Shown: positions 25,433 to 34,104 of the stretch, in pieces | Numbering within the stretch: the stretch's first letter is position 1 | How the letters are laid out: every line of letters starts with the position of its first letter | Virus record (IMG/VR): IMGVR_UViG_3300017780_002066 | Span: 1-38,384 of that record | Strand: one strand, 5' to 3' | DNA: 38,384 bases | From: a virus | Lineage: Duplodnaviria > Caudoviricetes | The notes under the pieces: model-generated | Seen by the model: the letters and a program-made list of their open reading frames with translations, nothing else | What the model was told of the DNA's origin: nothing | Database searches by the model: none | Position numbers and translations under genes: made by a program

Positions 25433-25716
25433 CTCGAGTAGAACAAAAACAAAGCAAAGAGAGGTTATTACTTAAAGACCTCATCGATAAAATGTTTGAG
25501 ATTGCCGGACATGATCTTAAGTTTGAAGATGTAGAAGGCCGGAAAGATAATTGGTATCAGCAATATACGATGACCGAAGATGAGAATAAAGAGTGGGTGA
25601 AATGGGGTACGGAGTATATTAAAAAGAAGAGAAGACTCTATAAGAAACTAGCAGAGAGAGAAATGTTGTATCTAAATTTATATTGCGGACTGAAAACAAG
25701 AGAAAATGAGAACTGA
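25429..25716 (+). CDS. Hypothetical protein
   Basis: ATGA overlap with the previous gene. Confidence 0.75.
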   Translation: MTRVEQKQSKERLLLKDLIDKMFEIAGHDLKFEDVEGRKDNWYQQYTMTEDENKEWVKWGTEYIKKKRRLYKKLAEREMLYLNLYCGLKTRENEN

Positions 25717-26218
25717 ACTACATGTTAGTATTAACAGAGAGTTAGAATGTATCAAATCGATTGCTGAAGCTTTAAAGAGAGATGGTTATAACGCTAGTAA
25801 TAGTATTATAGTTACTGTATCAACAGACTACTCCTCTATTGCCGGACAGATTATCAGACATGAGCTCACTCATGAAGGTGAAATCGCAGATGGCTTTGGA
25901 GTAGATGTTCCATATCCAGACCAGCAATGGGATACTAGATTTGTAAATGAGGCTTGTTCGATGTTCTTATTACATAGAGAAGCGATAGGAGTTAAGACTG
26001 TTATCTTAGTAGAAGCAGGAGTAATTAGAGGATCAAACTACAACTCCTTAATAAATTTGATGAGACAGTCTCTGGAAATGGATAACCCCATCTTAACAAC
26101 TACTCTATTCCAGAATAGAGCTTCAGCAATTGAATGCGACTATATAGCAGAGTACTATGACGATAAGTTTAACGACTTAACTTTCTGGTGGGAGAAGGAA
26201 AACAACCACTGGAAGTAG
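25706..26218 (+). CDS. Possible divergent type I phosphoribosyltransferase-fold protein
   Basis: VILVEAGVIRGSN resembles the PRPP loop; C-terminal FWWE. Confidence 0.45.
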   Translation: MRTELHVSINRELECIKSIAEALKRDGYNASNSIIVTVSTDYSSIAGQIIRHELTHEGEIADGFGVDVPYPDQQWDTRFVNEACSMFLLHREAIGVKTVILVEAGVIRGSNYNSLINLMRQSLEMDNPILTTTLFQNRASAIECDYIAEYYDDKFNDLTFWWEKENNHWK

Positions 26219-26249
26219 TAGAATATTAGCGTACTTTTTCGTATATTTA
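26218..26249 (+). promoter_or_regulatory. Variant of the conserved promoter
   Basis: GTAG-N18-CGTATATTTA. Confidence 0.6.
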
Positions 26250-26272
26250 ATAAATAAAAACAAATAAAGGTT

Positions 26273-26560
26273 ATGAAGACATTTAACGATTTAGAATTTA
26301 CTCAACACCCGGGAGATAGCCGAGGTATAATGAGCCGTATTATGTTTGATAACGGATGGGGAGCATCTGTAGTACGCCATGATCATTCTTATGGCGGTAA
26401 AGACGGTAAGTATGAATTAGCAGTCTTAGACTCTAATGGAGATTTGCATTACGATAATGAAGTAGCCGGAGGAGATGTACAAGGGTACTTAGACGAAGAA
26501 GAAGTAACTTACCTACTAAAAGCAATTCAGGAATATGAGCGATTCGATCAAGAAGTATAA
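26273..26560 (+). CDS. Conserved hypothetical phage protein
   Basis: FDNGWGASVV...SYGG...YELAVL. Confidence 0.8.
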   Translation: MKTFNDLEFTQHPGDSRGIMSRIMFDNGWGASVVRHDHSYGGKDGKYELAVLDSNGDLHYDNEVAGGDVQGYLDEEEVTYLLKAIQEYERFDQEV

Positions 26561-26738
26561 GGAGATGGTAGAAGATGGTCTGATAGTAGATGAAATTTTA
26601 AAACCTTCATTTGCATCTAAAGACTATAAGGAATGGTGGGAAGAGAATCAAGAGCGAATCTTAGCTAATGATCAACTTAACCATGAGCTGAATTATAAAT
26701 TAGCATTAGCAAAACATATAAAAAATAATAAGTTATGA
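26535..26738 (+). CDS. Hypothetical protein
   Basis: Packed ORF. Confidence 0.65.
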   Translation: MSDSIKKYKEMVEDGLIVDEILKPSFASKDYKEWWEENQERILANDQLNHELNYKLALAKHIKNNKL

Positions 26739-26992
26739 ATAGAGACATGCAACACGAGAAGTGTTTAAAAGCAGCAGCAGAATTTTTAAAAGGTTGGAAT
26801 GTAGAAGATGAGACAGCCACCAGAATGGTAGCTAGTATTATGATGCATAGAGATGGCAACTGGCGAGCTGGTAGCTTTGTAGAGGCTGTTTGTGAGAATG
26901 ATTTATATGCTGCAATTACTAGAGCAGATGATACATCTCTTAAGTACTTAAAGTTATATACATTAGCTTCTAAAAACTGCTATACTCGGTAA
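26735..26992 (+). CDS. Hypothetical protein
   Basis: GSFVEAVCENDLYAAITRAD. Confidence 0.75.
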   Translation: MNRDMQHEKCLKAAAEFLKGWNVEDETATRMVASIMMHRDGNWRAGSFVEAVCENDLYAAITRADDTSLKYLKLYTLASKNCYTR

Positions 26993-26995
26993 TAT

Positions 26996-28174
26996 ATGAA
27001 GATAGTCCATAGTTACATTCCTACTGCCTTTGGCGATAAACCAGCCCCAGATCTTATTTGGAAGGAGTTAATGTATGGTCAGATGTTAAGCGTATTACTA
27101 GCTCAAAGGGAGTTTGGTAATATTAGCTTATATACAAACGAACATATAGCTCGTCAGATAAAAGATATAGGCATACCTTATACAGATATTAATACATCAG
27201 TACTAGAAGGAGTAAGTAGTAAAAGCTACACTTACCCTAAGATGAGAGTATTTAGAGAGATAGGAGAACCTTATCTTCATATCGATACAGATACTTTTGT
27301 CTTTAAGAAGCTAGACTTTAGTAAAAGTAAAAGCCCAGTAGTATATGCTCACTCAGATCAAGCTGTAGAATTTAAAGAGAAGGTTGATTCAGATGTACTA
27401 AGCCGGTATATTAATAATATTTCAAAATGCTATACTAGTCTATTCTTTTTGCATGATGATGAGTTAAAGTCATTTAACCCTCCTAATGTTAACTTAATGA
27501 AGATACCTAACGGTAATCTAACCTATGTTAGAGACCCTAAACTCTTTATTGAAGCAACTAATAAAGCATTAACGTACTACTACAAGCATAAGGATATTAT
27601 CGATAGAAATACTTACGGAGGAGTTTATGTAGAGCAGATGATTATACATTTGTACCTAATGGAGCTAAGTCCGGAGTATAAAGAAGCAGTAGATGAAAAT
27701 AAACATTTGGTGTGTGATAATATCTTTATGCATATAGATTATGGCTGTAAAGATAATACTACAGACTATCTTAATTACAACTTTCCTTTCAAGTTTAAAT
27801 TACATACCCTAAAGGACGGTTATATCTCAGAACTAGAAGAGGCTAAAAAAGTAGCTAGCAACTTAGGGTTTAAATTAGAGAAAGATGTTTATAAAGAGTA
27901 TACAATAGAGAACAAAGAAGACTTAGTTAAATACTTTAGTCACGATTTCTTAGGAGTATTACACCCAAGCTTTAATAAATGGGCTCCTATTTTTGAATGT
28001 TTAGCTATTGGAGCAATAGTAGAGCAATTTGGTCCGGAGTATGTTAGAAATGTACACAACTTTTATACACATTCATGGGATAGGTATCAACTAAATTTAG
28101 AACCTTATTCTAGAGGAGAGAAATTATATGCTGACATTACAGGATTTAAGTTTAAAGAATCAGGAATCATATAG
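26996..28174 (+). CDS. DUF6734-like / GT-A-like protein
   Basis: LYTN, YPKM, PYLHIDTDTF, YAHSD, PN, VEQ; same motif order as 5896..6858. Confidence 0.65.
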   Translation: MKIVHSYIPTAFGDKPAPDLIWKELMYGQMLSVLLAQREFGNISLYTNEHIARQIKDIGIPYTDINTSVLEGVSSKSYTYPKMRVFREIGEPYLHIDTDTFVFKKLDFSKSKSPVVYAHSDQAVEFKEKVDSDVLSRYINNISKCYTSLFFLHDDELKSFNPPNVNLMKIPNGNLTYVRDPKLFIEATNKALTYYYKHKDIIDRNTYGGVYVEQMIIHLYLMELSPEYKEAVDENKHLVCDNIFMHIDYGCKDNTTDYLNYNFPFKFKLHTLKDGYISELEEAKKVASNLGFKLEKDVYKEYTIENKEDLVKYFSHDFLGVLHPSFNKWAPIFECLAIGAIVEQFGPEYVRNVHNFYTHSWDRYQLNLEPYSRGEKLYADITGFKFKESGII

Positions 28175-28816
28175 ATGAAAGACAACGTAGTTATATCTTT
28201 AGTAGGAGTTAATAGTTACCATGTAAGTAACTGTGTAAGCACCTATAGGTTTTTACAAGAAGAAGGCTATACAGTAAAGGTATTAACTAACCGTCAAGAC
28301 TTATTTGACCCGGTAGATGTTTACGTATATAAGAGAAAGATCTTTACATACTTAGATAAACTTTTATACTGTTTAGATTTAGTCGAAGAATATAAATGTA
28401 GTGTCTTATACTTAGATTCTGATAAGTACTATCCCTACCATCAGATAAAAAGCTTTATAGAAAGATCACAACAACATCAGATAACCTATCAAGGTAGCTG
28501 GCCAGGAGGTAATTTTGATGCTTATAGAGATGTTAACCCATGCTTTAAATACCTAAAAGAGTATTGTGAGTATAAAGGAATAGAATATAAGAATTGGGAA
28601 ACAATGTGGGAATATGTAATGTTTTTTAGAGATGATATAGACTATGAAGCAATAAGATATGAGTTAGAAACAATAGCCCCAGTCTTTACTTATATGTCTT
28701 TAATGAACAACGACACTTATAATAAGACGCCCTTTGCATTAGGAGGAGCAGAAGGATTAGCATTGAGTATAGTATTAGATAAATTAGGAATTGAATCACA
28801 CGAAATTTTAATATAA
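28175..28816 (+). CDS. GT-A-like (DxD) protein
   Basis: VLTN, FTYLDKL, LYLDSD, AEG. Confidence 0.55.
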   Translation: MKDNVVISLVGVNSYHVSNCVSTYRFLQEEGYTVKVLTNRQDLFDPVDVYVYKRKIFTYLDKLLYCLDLVEEYKCSVLYLDSDKYYPYHQIKSFIERSQQHQITYQGSWPGGNFDAYRDVNPCFKYLKEYCEYKGIEYKNWETMWEYVMFFRDDIDYEAIRYELETIAPVFTYMSLMNNDTYNKTPFALGGAEGLALSIVLDKLGIESHEILI

Positions 28817-28998
28817 TGGCAAGTCTTAAACTACAGATACGATTGAAGAAGGCAGAAGAAGCCTTAAAGGAATGGGAAGACCGAGTACCTGTAAACAATA
28901 TGGGTAAATGGGCTAAGTCTGTTGCTATAAGAAGTAGACAGAAGACTGTAGATAAGTTAAAACGAGATATAGAGAAGGCTAAAAGAGAAAGACCTTAA
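28816..28998 (+). CDS. Small basic coiled-coil protein
   Basis: Packed ORF. Confidence 0.7.
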   Translation: MASLKLQIRLKKAEEALKEWEDRVPVNNMGKWAKSVAIRSRQKTVDKLKRDIEKAKRERP

Positions 28999-28999
28999 C

Positions 29000-29167
29000 A
29001 TGGATAATACAATCAAATGTGAATGCTGTCAGAGTGTAATAGACTTAGACGATACCGATTGGTGCGATAAATGCGATAGAAGTATCTTTGATGAGAGCCC
29101 TTGTAAGGTATCAGAGAAGACAAGTGATTATATGTACAACTGGATTAGAGAGAAGTCCGGAAAGTAG
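29000..29167 (+). CDS. Small zinc-ribbon-like protein (55 aa, not in ORF track)
   Basis: MDNTIKCECCQSVIDLDDTDWCDKCDRS... Confidence 0.65.
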   Translation: MDNTIKCECCQSVIDLDDTDWCDKCDRSIFDESPCKVSEKTSDYMYNWIREKSGK

Positions 29168-29174
29168 GCGAAGT

Positions 29175-29216
29175 GGGGGCGCCTTATCCTCTCCGACGAA
29201 GTCGACCCGCGCAAAT
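29175..29216 (+). repeat. C-GAA-G hairpin + CGCGCA element, copy A
   Basis: GGGGGCGCCTTATCCTCTC-CGAC-GAA-GTCG-ACC-CGCGCA. Confidence 0.7.
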
Positions 29217-29228
29217 TTAACAAGTGTT

Positions 29229-29804
29229 ATGAGCAAACTACATTTCTACCCAAATCTAACCCCAAGAGAGGTTATAAAGAGAGGAGCCTTTGGAGGCTGC
29301 TACTTCGGCTTTCCTATAGAAGAAGATACTAACTTCGAATATCAGGAGCTATTTGATTATCATTTTAAAGACTTAGATACAAATCTATACTTAGGAGAGA
29401 CCTATAAGCCTAAATTGAATAAGTTTACGGTTAGATCAGGTATGGATTATGAGTATTGGAAGGCTATGAATTGGATGCATGAGAGAGATCCTTATGGATG
29501 GTTTGAGTGGTGGTGTAAATACGAGATGGGTATAAGAGGCGAAGATGATGATAGGCAGATTAGTAGATGGCAGGACTTTACGGGTATGACCGGAAGATGG
29601 CGCCATAGAATCTATAGCATGATATATACAACAAAGGATTGGGATTCATCTCCACGTATACAGCAATCGTTATTACATTGGGGTTATGAGGTTAATAGAG
29701 AGGACTATAGACAATGGTGTTCCAGTAACTATAAGACATTAGAAGACGATGAATGGTGTCATTATGGAGGATTACCATCACCTAAGGCCTATATGACGTA
29801 TTAG
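29229..29804 (+). CDS. Conserved hypothetical protein (DPYGWFxW family)
   Basis: PNLTP...GAFGG...DPYGWFEWWC...DDDRQISRW; start reassigned to GTTATG at 29229. Confidence 0.75.
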   Translation: MSKLHFYPNLTPREVIKRGAFGGCYFGFPIEEDTNFEYQELFDYHFKDLDTNLYLGETYKPKLNKFTVRSGMDYEYWKAMNWMHERDPYGWFEWWCKYEMGIRGEDDDRQISRWQDFTGMTGRWRHRIYSMIYTTKDWDSSPRIQQSLLHWGYEVNREDYRQWCSSNYKTLEDDEWCHYGGLPSPKAYMTY

Positions 29805-29838
29805 TAGAATAGATATAGAGAGAGGGTCGGAGGGGGGA

Positions 29839-29880
29839 GGGGGCCTTTATCCCTCTCACCGAAGGTGTCCCGCGCATATT
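29839..29880 (+). repeat. C-GAA-G hairpin + CGCGCA element, copy B
   Basis: GGGGGCCTTTATCCCTCT-CACC-GAA-GGTG-TCC-CGCGCA. Confidence 0.7.
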
Positions 29881-30339
29881 GTCCGACCTTTCCTACCATA
29901 AGGAATATAGGACGGCCTTATAAGAGTTCTTTGACATATTGGAGAGTATAATACGCAATCTAAGGAGATAACTGGATATAGATATAAACGGGTTCTGAGA
30001 GTGTATGACTTGGGTGACTACTTGGTATAAGGTTACAAGAGATAATCGGAGATAACCAATCTATCTAAGTGAGAACCATAAGCAATCCACCTTCATTACC
30101 ATAACGTCTATTAAGAAAGATATATGTATATACCTATAGGTTTATATGATTATATGTTTATATGGATATATAAGAGGTTGTGTAGAATAAACAGAGTATA
30201 GCGTAGTAAGGGTAGAATAGGAAGTAAATGCCCCTTTTTGCCCAGGGGACCAACTTTTCCTATAGAAATCTTTCCAGAGTACGGGCAACTATTTCCACGA
30301 CTTTATTTCCATATATAGTGAAATAAATACCCCAAAAGG

Positions 30340-30375
30340 GTGGCTTTTCTGCGTATAAGTCCGTATCTTAAGGTA
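30340..30375 (+). promoter_or_regulatory. Conserved phage promoter
   Basis: GTGG-N18-CGTATCTTAAGGTA. Confidence 0.85.
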
Positions 30376-30394
30376 TATTAAAACAATAAGGGTT

Positions 30395-30685
30395 ATGACA
30401 TCATCAGAAATCAGAAAATCAATCAAGAGAGAGTTCTTTACAGCCGTATGTGAGGCTTATCCAGGTACAGTAGTAGATCATTCAGAAGGCGGTAGATATG
30501 CCATAGATATACCTAATGAGGGTATGTATGAGATGTCTGGGGGTTCTTACTGGAGTATATGTACTTATGATATTCCTTGGGCTAGTCCTTCTTTGGCTCA
30601 GGATGCCTACCATAAGAGGTGTCTAGCTACAGAGGCTAAGTTACAGGCCATCCTTGATAATATTGTAGAAGTATTGGGGAAATAA
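30395..30685 (+). CDS. Hypothetical protein
   Basis: Own promoter, AGGGTTATG start. Confidence 0.75.
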   Translation: MTSSEIRKSIKREFFTAVCEAYPGTVVDHSEGGRYAIDIPNEGMYEMSGGSYWSICTYDIPWASPSLAQDAYHKRCLATEAKLQAILDNIVEVLGK

Positions 30686-30696
30686 CCAGTGACTTA

Positions 30697-30732
30697 GTTG
30701 GTCGTCTGCGTTAAAGTTCGTACATTAAGGTA
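30697..30732 (+). promoter_or_regulatory. Conserved phage promoter
   Basis: GTTG-N18-CGTACATTAAGGTA. Confidence 0.8.
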
Positions 30733-30747
30733 TAAAGAGAGATAGAT

Positions 30748-31020
30748 ATGTCACACATCAGATTTAATCGCCATGAGATCTTCGGAGTAGAGGATCATAA
30801 GTTCCACAGCCAGACCATCAGAGAGGTGGAGGATTGCTATCTAAGCCAGGATAAGAATCCATGGTCTTTTAACGGAGTTGCTAACTCTCTATACGGTATC
30901 TGGGATGGTTATCTATATGATAATATCATAGAGGAAGCTATAGCAGAAGGCCTTCCGGAATCACTTGTAGATCGCATTAAAACTACAGTGACTTTTATTA
31001 AAAAAGAGTTGGGGAAATAG
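30748..31020 (+). CDS. Hypothetical protein
   Basis: Own promoter; its TAG lies in the next promoter. Confidence 0.75.
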   Translation: MSHIRFNRHEIFGVEDHKFHSQTIREVEDCYLSQDKNPWSFNGVANSLYGIWDGYLYDNIIEEAIAEGLPESLVDRIKTTVTFIKKELGK

Positions 31021-31055
31021 TTGGAATTCTGAGTAGAAGTTCGTATCTTAAGGTA
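31020..31055 (+). promoter_or_regulatory. Conserved phage promoter
   Basis: GTTG-N18-CGTATCTTAAGGTA. Confidence 0.85.
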
Positions 31056-31074
31056 TATTAAAACAACAAGGGTT

Positions 31075-31377
31075 ATGCTAGAAACATTAGTTAGAATCGA
31101 GAGCCAGTATTATGAGAATTATGGCTCAGCCGAGGCACCACATTGGAAGCCTAAAGGTGGCCAGGAGTTCACCGTCCGTATTGATTCGGATATCCTCTTC
31201 TATAACAAGGAAGGTGCCGAGTCCGTTGTCGCCCATATGTTGGACGATCGTTCTAACGAGTATGTTCGCTATGAACTAATCTCTATGGAGCCTGTCTTCT
31301 GTGAGCCTATAGCATTGGATGTAGATATCTTCAATGCCTTATATGATGCTCAGGTAGAGATGGCTAGCCAGGAGTAA
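31075..31377 (+). CDS. Conserved hypothetical phage protein
   Basis: QYYENYG...HWKPKGG. Confidence 0.8.
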   Translation: MLETLVRIESQYYENYGSAEAPHWKPKGGQEFTVRIDSDILFYNKEGAESVVAHMLDDRSNEYVRYELISMEPVFCEPIALDVDIFNALYDAQVEMASQE

Positions 31378-31383
31378 AATAAA

Positions 31384-31415
31384 GTTGCTAGTATGCGATT
31401 AAGTTCGTATCTTTA
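31384..31415 (+). promoter_or_regulatory. Conserved phage promoter
   Basis: GTTG-N18-CGTATCTTTA. Confidence 0.8.
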
Positions 31416-31448
31416 GTTATATTCAATCATTAAAAAAAAATAAAGGTT

Positions 31449-31961
31449 ATGAAATTCAATTATTCAAAAGACGTTATCGCCGGTATCAAGACATCTAAAG
31501 TAGCTAACAAAGAGACTAACGATTGTGTAGTCAAAGCAGTAGCAGCCTCTATAGGCGTTACTTATGATGTAGCTCATTCATTCGTTAAAGAGACCTTCAA
31601 GAGAGAAGATCGTAAAGGGGTCCTTAATAAAGAGATTATAGAGAATATGTCTAAGCTATCTGAGGTAGGTGTGACTAAGGTTGGTACTAAAGAGGTATCA
31701 TTCGAGGTAATGCCTAAGCAAGCTATCACTAACATGTATAAGTTATATGGAGAGTTAATCTATAGACAAAAGACTGTTAAGAGCTTCTTACAAGACCATA
31801 AGGTAGGATCGTATATCGTTACAGTAGCTAAGCATGCCTTTGCTGTAGTAGATGGTGTACTAATAGATAATGAAGGTACTGAGTATAAGCCTACTCGTAA
31901 GGTACAATCAGCCTATAAGGTAATAGATAAGACAGCCGATATACAATTAAGCCTAATATAA
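31449..31961 (+). CDS. Hypothetical protein, possible papain-like Cys/His peptidase fold
   Basis: NDCVVKA...KHAFAVVDG. Confidence 0.55.
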   Translation: MKFNYSKDVIAGIKTSKVANKETNDCVVKAVAASIGVTYDVAHSFVKETFKREDRKGVLNKEIIENMSKLSEVGVTKVGTKEVSFEVMPKQAITNMYKLYGELIYRQKTVKSFLQDHKVGSYIVTVAKHAFAVVDGVLIDNEGTEYKPTRKVQSAYKVIDKTADIQLSLI

Positions 31962-31965
31962 AGAT

Positions 31966-32125
31966 CGTAACCCGACCGAGCCTATTGTGATGAGTAGGCC
32001 GGTCACCCTTCGGGGTTGTCGAGGTCAAGAGACGGTCATGGGTAGGTCAAGGTGAAGGCAAGGTGACATAACAGTGCCGGTATTGTTCCCTAAGACGGCG
32101 TGAGAGCCGCGGGGAGGGCCCTGCC
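31966..32125. ncRNA. Candidate structured ncRNA or cis element
   Basis: GC-rich intergenic block; GACCG-A-GCCTATT/AGTAGGC-CGGTC stem, ACCC-TTCG-GGGT, CGGC-GTGAGA-GCCG. Confidence 0.45.
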
Positions 32126-32188
32126 TGCTAACATATTTCTGATAAATTTTGAGGTATAGTAATATATAAATATATAAATATATAAAGT

Positions 32189-32422
32189 ATGAAATGTAAA
32201 GATTGTAATAACGAAATCAATCCACTCCGTTTAAAAGCCATACCAACTACTCGTGTATGTGTTAATTGTTCTTCTCAGGATAAATGGCATGTAAGAACGG
32301 TTATATCAGGTAAGACAGAGTATTGCGAGATAGAAGTAATAAAGAATCCAGAGACTGCCGCCTATCTAGTTGGTTTAGAGAGAAAGGGTTGGGGGTCTAA
32401 TCTAGTTAAAGTTTCACGATAA
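32189..32422 (+). CDS. TraR/DksA-like C4 zinc-finger protein
   Basis: CKDCNNEINPLRLKAIPTTRVCVNC. Confidence 0.8.
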   Translation: MKCKDCNNEINPLRLKAIPTTRVCVNCSSQDKWHVRTVISGKTEYCEIEVIKNPETAAYLVGLERKGWGSNLVKVSR

Positions 32423-32433
32423 AAAATAATAAT

Positions 32434-32688
32434 ATGTATCATTTAAGAATTAACGACACAAGTTTATTTTTCGAGTATTGGATGGACTTAGTAGACTTCT
32501 TTACTAATGCCGGACTTACTCCAGAGACCGAATACTTACATACAGACGAAGGTTATGACTTTTATCTCTTTCAGATAGTAGGTATGGGTGATTTAAAATT
32601 AACAAATGAATGCCTTATAGAGATGGGCGATGATTATGTCTCTATTGAATTAGAAAAGATTCAGTTTTATAATAATTTAACTAAATAA
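32434..32688 (+). CDS. Hypothetical acidic protein
   Basis: Packed ORF. Confidence 0.7.
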   Translation: MYHLRINDTSLFFEYWMDLVDFFTNAGLTPETEYLHTDEGYDFYLFQIVGMGDLKLTNECLIEMGDDYVSIELEKIQFYNNLTK

Positions 32689-32692
32689 CAAC

Positions 32693-32899
32693 ATGTCAAA
32701 GAAACTTATAGCAGCCTTTTTAACGGCCTTCGTCATTACAGTATTTATCCTTTCTTTTTATTTGGAACCACTACATGCTATTGTAGAAGCTGTTCTTATT
32801 GTCTCACTCCTATCTATGGTATCTTATATGTTATATAGTCTTATATACGGCATATTAACCGTAGGAGAACCCAAGGACAAGAAAGACTATTACCTATAG
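32693..32899 (+). CDS. Small two-TM membrane protein
   Basis: Hydrophobic segments. Confidence 0.7.
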   Translation: MSKKLIAAFLTAFVITVFILSFYLEPLHAIVEAVLIVSLLSMVSYMLYSLIYGILTVGEPKDKKDYYL

Positions 32900-32939
32900 T
32901 CGGTTTTCAAAATAACCTTTTTGGTATATTTTCAGAAAG

Positions 32940-32968
32940 TCTCCGGAATTTTTTTCGGAGAATTTTTT
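32940..32968 (+). terminator. Hairpin/terminator between convergent genes
   Basis: TCTCCGGAA-TTTT-TTTCGGAGA then ATTTTTT. Confidence 0.5.
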
Positions 32969-33021
32969 GTGTATAGGGGGTATATTATTTCAATACCTCC
33001 CATGCACATTGATAACAAAAG

Positions 33022-33273
33022 TTATCCTCTTTTATTGGCCTTAGACACATTTGACATAGCATCGGCTCTTTCAAGGGTCTTATCGACGTCTGTTCTATTG
33101 GTTCTAAATTCTTTTCGTTTTTCGTTTCTTTGCTTATTGAATTCAATTCGTCTTTCATTGTCTTTCTTTATCGCTGATATATCTATCTGGATATTCTTTA
33201 TCTGGTTATACATCTTTATACTGCCTATGATAGCGACAATGGCTACGACAGTTACTAATACTAGTGTGAACAT
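33022..33273 (-). CDS. Membrane-anchored hypothetical protein
   Basis: N-terminal TM, A-rich leader on the minus strand. Confidence 0.75.
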   Translation of the reverse strand: MFTLVLVTVVAIVAIIGSIKMYNQIKNIQIDISAIKKDNERRIEFNKQRNEKRKEFRTNRTDVDKTLERADAMSNVSKANKRG

Positions 33274-33295
33274 TTGATTTTGTTTTTTATTTAAT

Positions 33296-33748
33296 TTAAT
33301 CAGCGGCCTTAATCTTGACTACCACTTTCTTCACTAATGAAGGGCCTTTTCTATGCGGTAGACCGGGTGAATGTACTTCTCCTGCCGGAAGATAACAGAA
33401 TTTTCGATTATAAAGAGGAAGAATAACAGTAGGCATTGCTTCTTTGTAGTAGAGAGTAACGTCTTTTTCTTCATCATAGTTAAACTTTACCTTGTTTAAC
33501 TTAGGGTTGTAGTACTCTACCGCTTCTTGACCTTCTAAGACCATGTGGAGATCGTCATAGATTTCGTGAGACTCACACAGAGAGGAGTGACCCGTCACAT
33601 AAGAAGAGATAATAACCGTACAATAGCCGAGGTCCCGAGTACCGTCTTCAGAATCGCTTGATAGACTAGAGAGATAGTCTTGTATCGAAGAGAAATTAGA
33701 CCTTCCTTTAAAGTAGTAATGAAAGTTAGAGAGATCATCGTAGATCAT
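33296..33748 (-). CDS. YhcH/YjgK/YiaL (DUF386, NanQ/EbgC-like) protein
   Basis: ESHEIYDDLHMVLEGQE...YDEEKDV...PAGEVHSPG...VKKVVVKI. Confidence 0.82.
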   Translation of the reverse strand: MIYDDLSNFHYYFKGRSNFSSIQDYLSSLSSDSEDGTRDLGYCTVIISSYVTGHSSLCESHEIYDDLHMVLEGQEAVEYYNPKLNKVKFNYDEEKDVTLYYKEAMPTVILPLYNRKFCYLPAGEVHSPGLPHRKGPSLVKKVVVKIKAAD

Positions 33749-33788
33749 ATAACATAGATTTGAAGAGCGGTGACCCGGGAGTTATCGA

Positions 33789-34055
33789 CTAATCTTTTAA
33801 TATATCTTTAATTTTCTTATCACGTACCTCACAATCATGAGCATGTAAGTGTTGCCACATGTCTGCCTTTAGAGTATGAACCTGAGAGGTTAGAGAATCG
33901 AATACACTTCTTTCTACCTCTCTTAGACTATCACATAGACTTAGGTAATCTGATTCTAGAGCCTTAACCCTCTTTTCCAGATCTTTCTTCTGCTCATGTT
34001 GTAGATAAACAAAAGCTAGAGTAGCTCCTAGTAATAAAAATAACACTTCTACCAT
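33789..34055 (-). CDS. Membrane-anchored coiled-coil protein
   Basis: N-terminal TM; downstream of a minus-strand promoter. Confidence 0.75.
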   Translation of the reverse strand: MVEVLFLLLGATLAFVYLQHEQKKDLEKRVKALESDYLSLCDSLREVERSVFDSLTSQVHTLKADMWQHLHAHDCEVRDKKIKDILKD

Positions 34056-34069
34056 AATACTTTAATTTA

Positions 34070-34101
34070 GTTGCCTTTCAGCATATTAATACTTATACTT
34101 C
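34070..34101 (+). promoter_or_regulatory. Variant promoter (rightward)
   Basis: GTTG-N18-CTTATACTTC. Confidence 0.45.
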
Positions 34102-34104
34102 TAT

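Noticed and set aside
29088-29228. N-terminal extension of the 238-aa ORF
   Set aside because: It overlaps the 55-aa Cys ORF (29000..29167) and GC-rich element A; the GTTATG start at 29229 fits better
29880-30339. CRISPR mini-array or tRNA in the non-coding gaps
   Set aside because: There are no regularly spaced repeats of about 25-45 bp and no cloverleaf or T-arm motif that I could find
31938-31961. C-terminus IQLSLI as another copy of the tag
   Set aside because: It has no adjacent basic patch and the gene is not a tailoring enzyme; probably chance
32921-33277. 118-aa + strand ORF
   Set aside because: It is antisense to 33022..33273, which has a TM N-terminus, an A-rich leader and operon context
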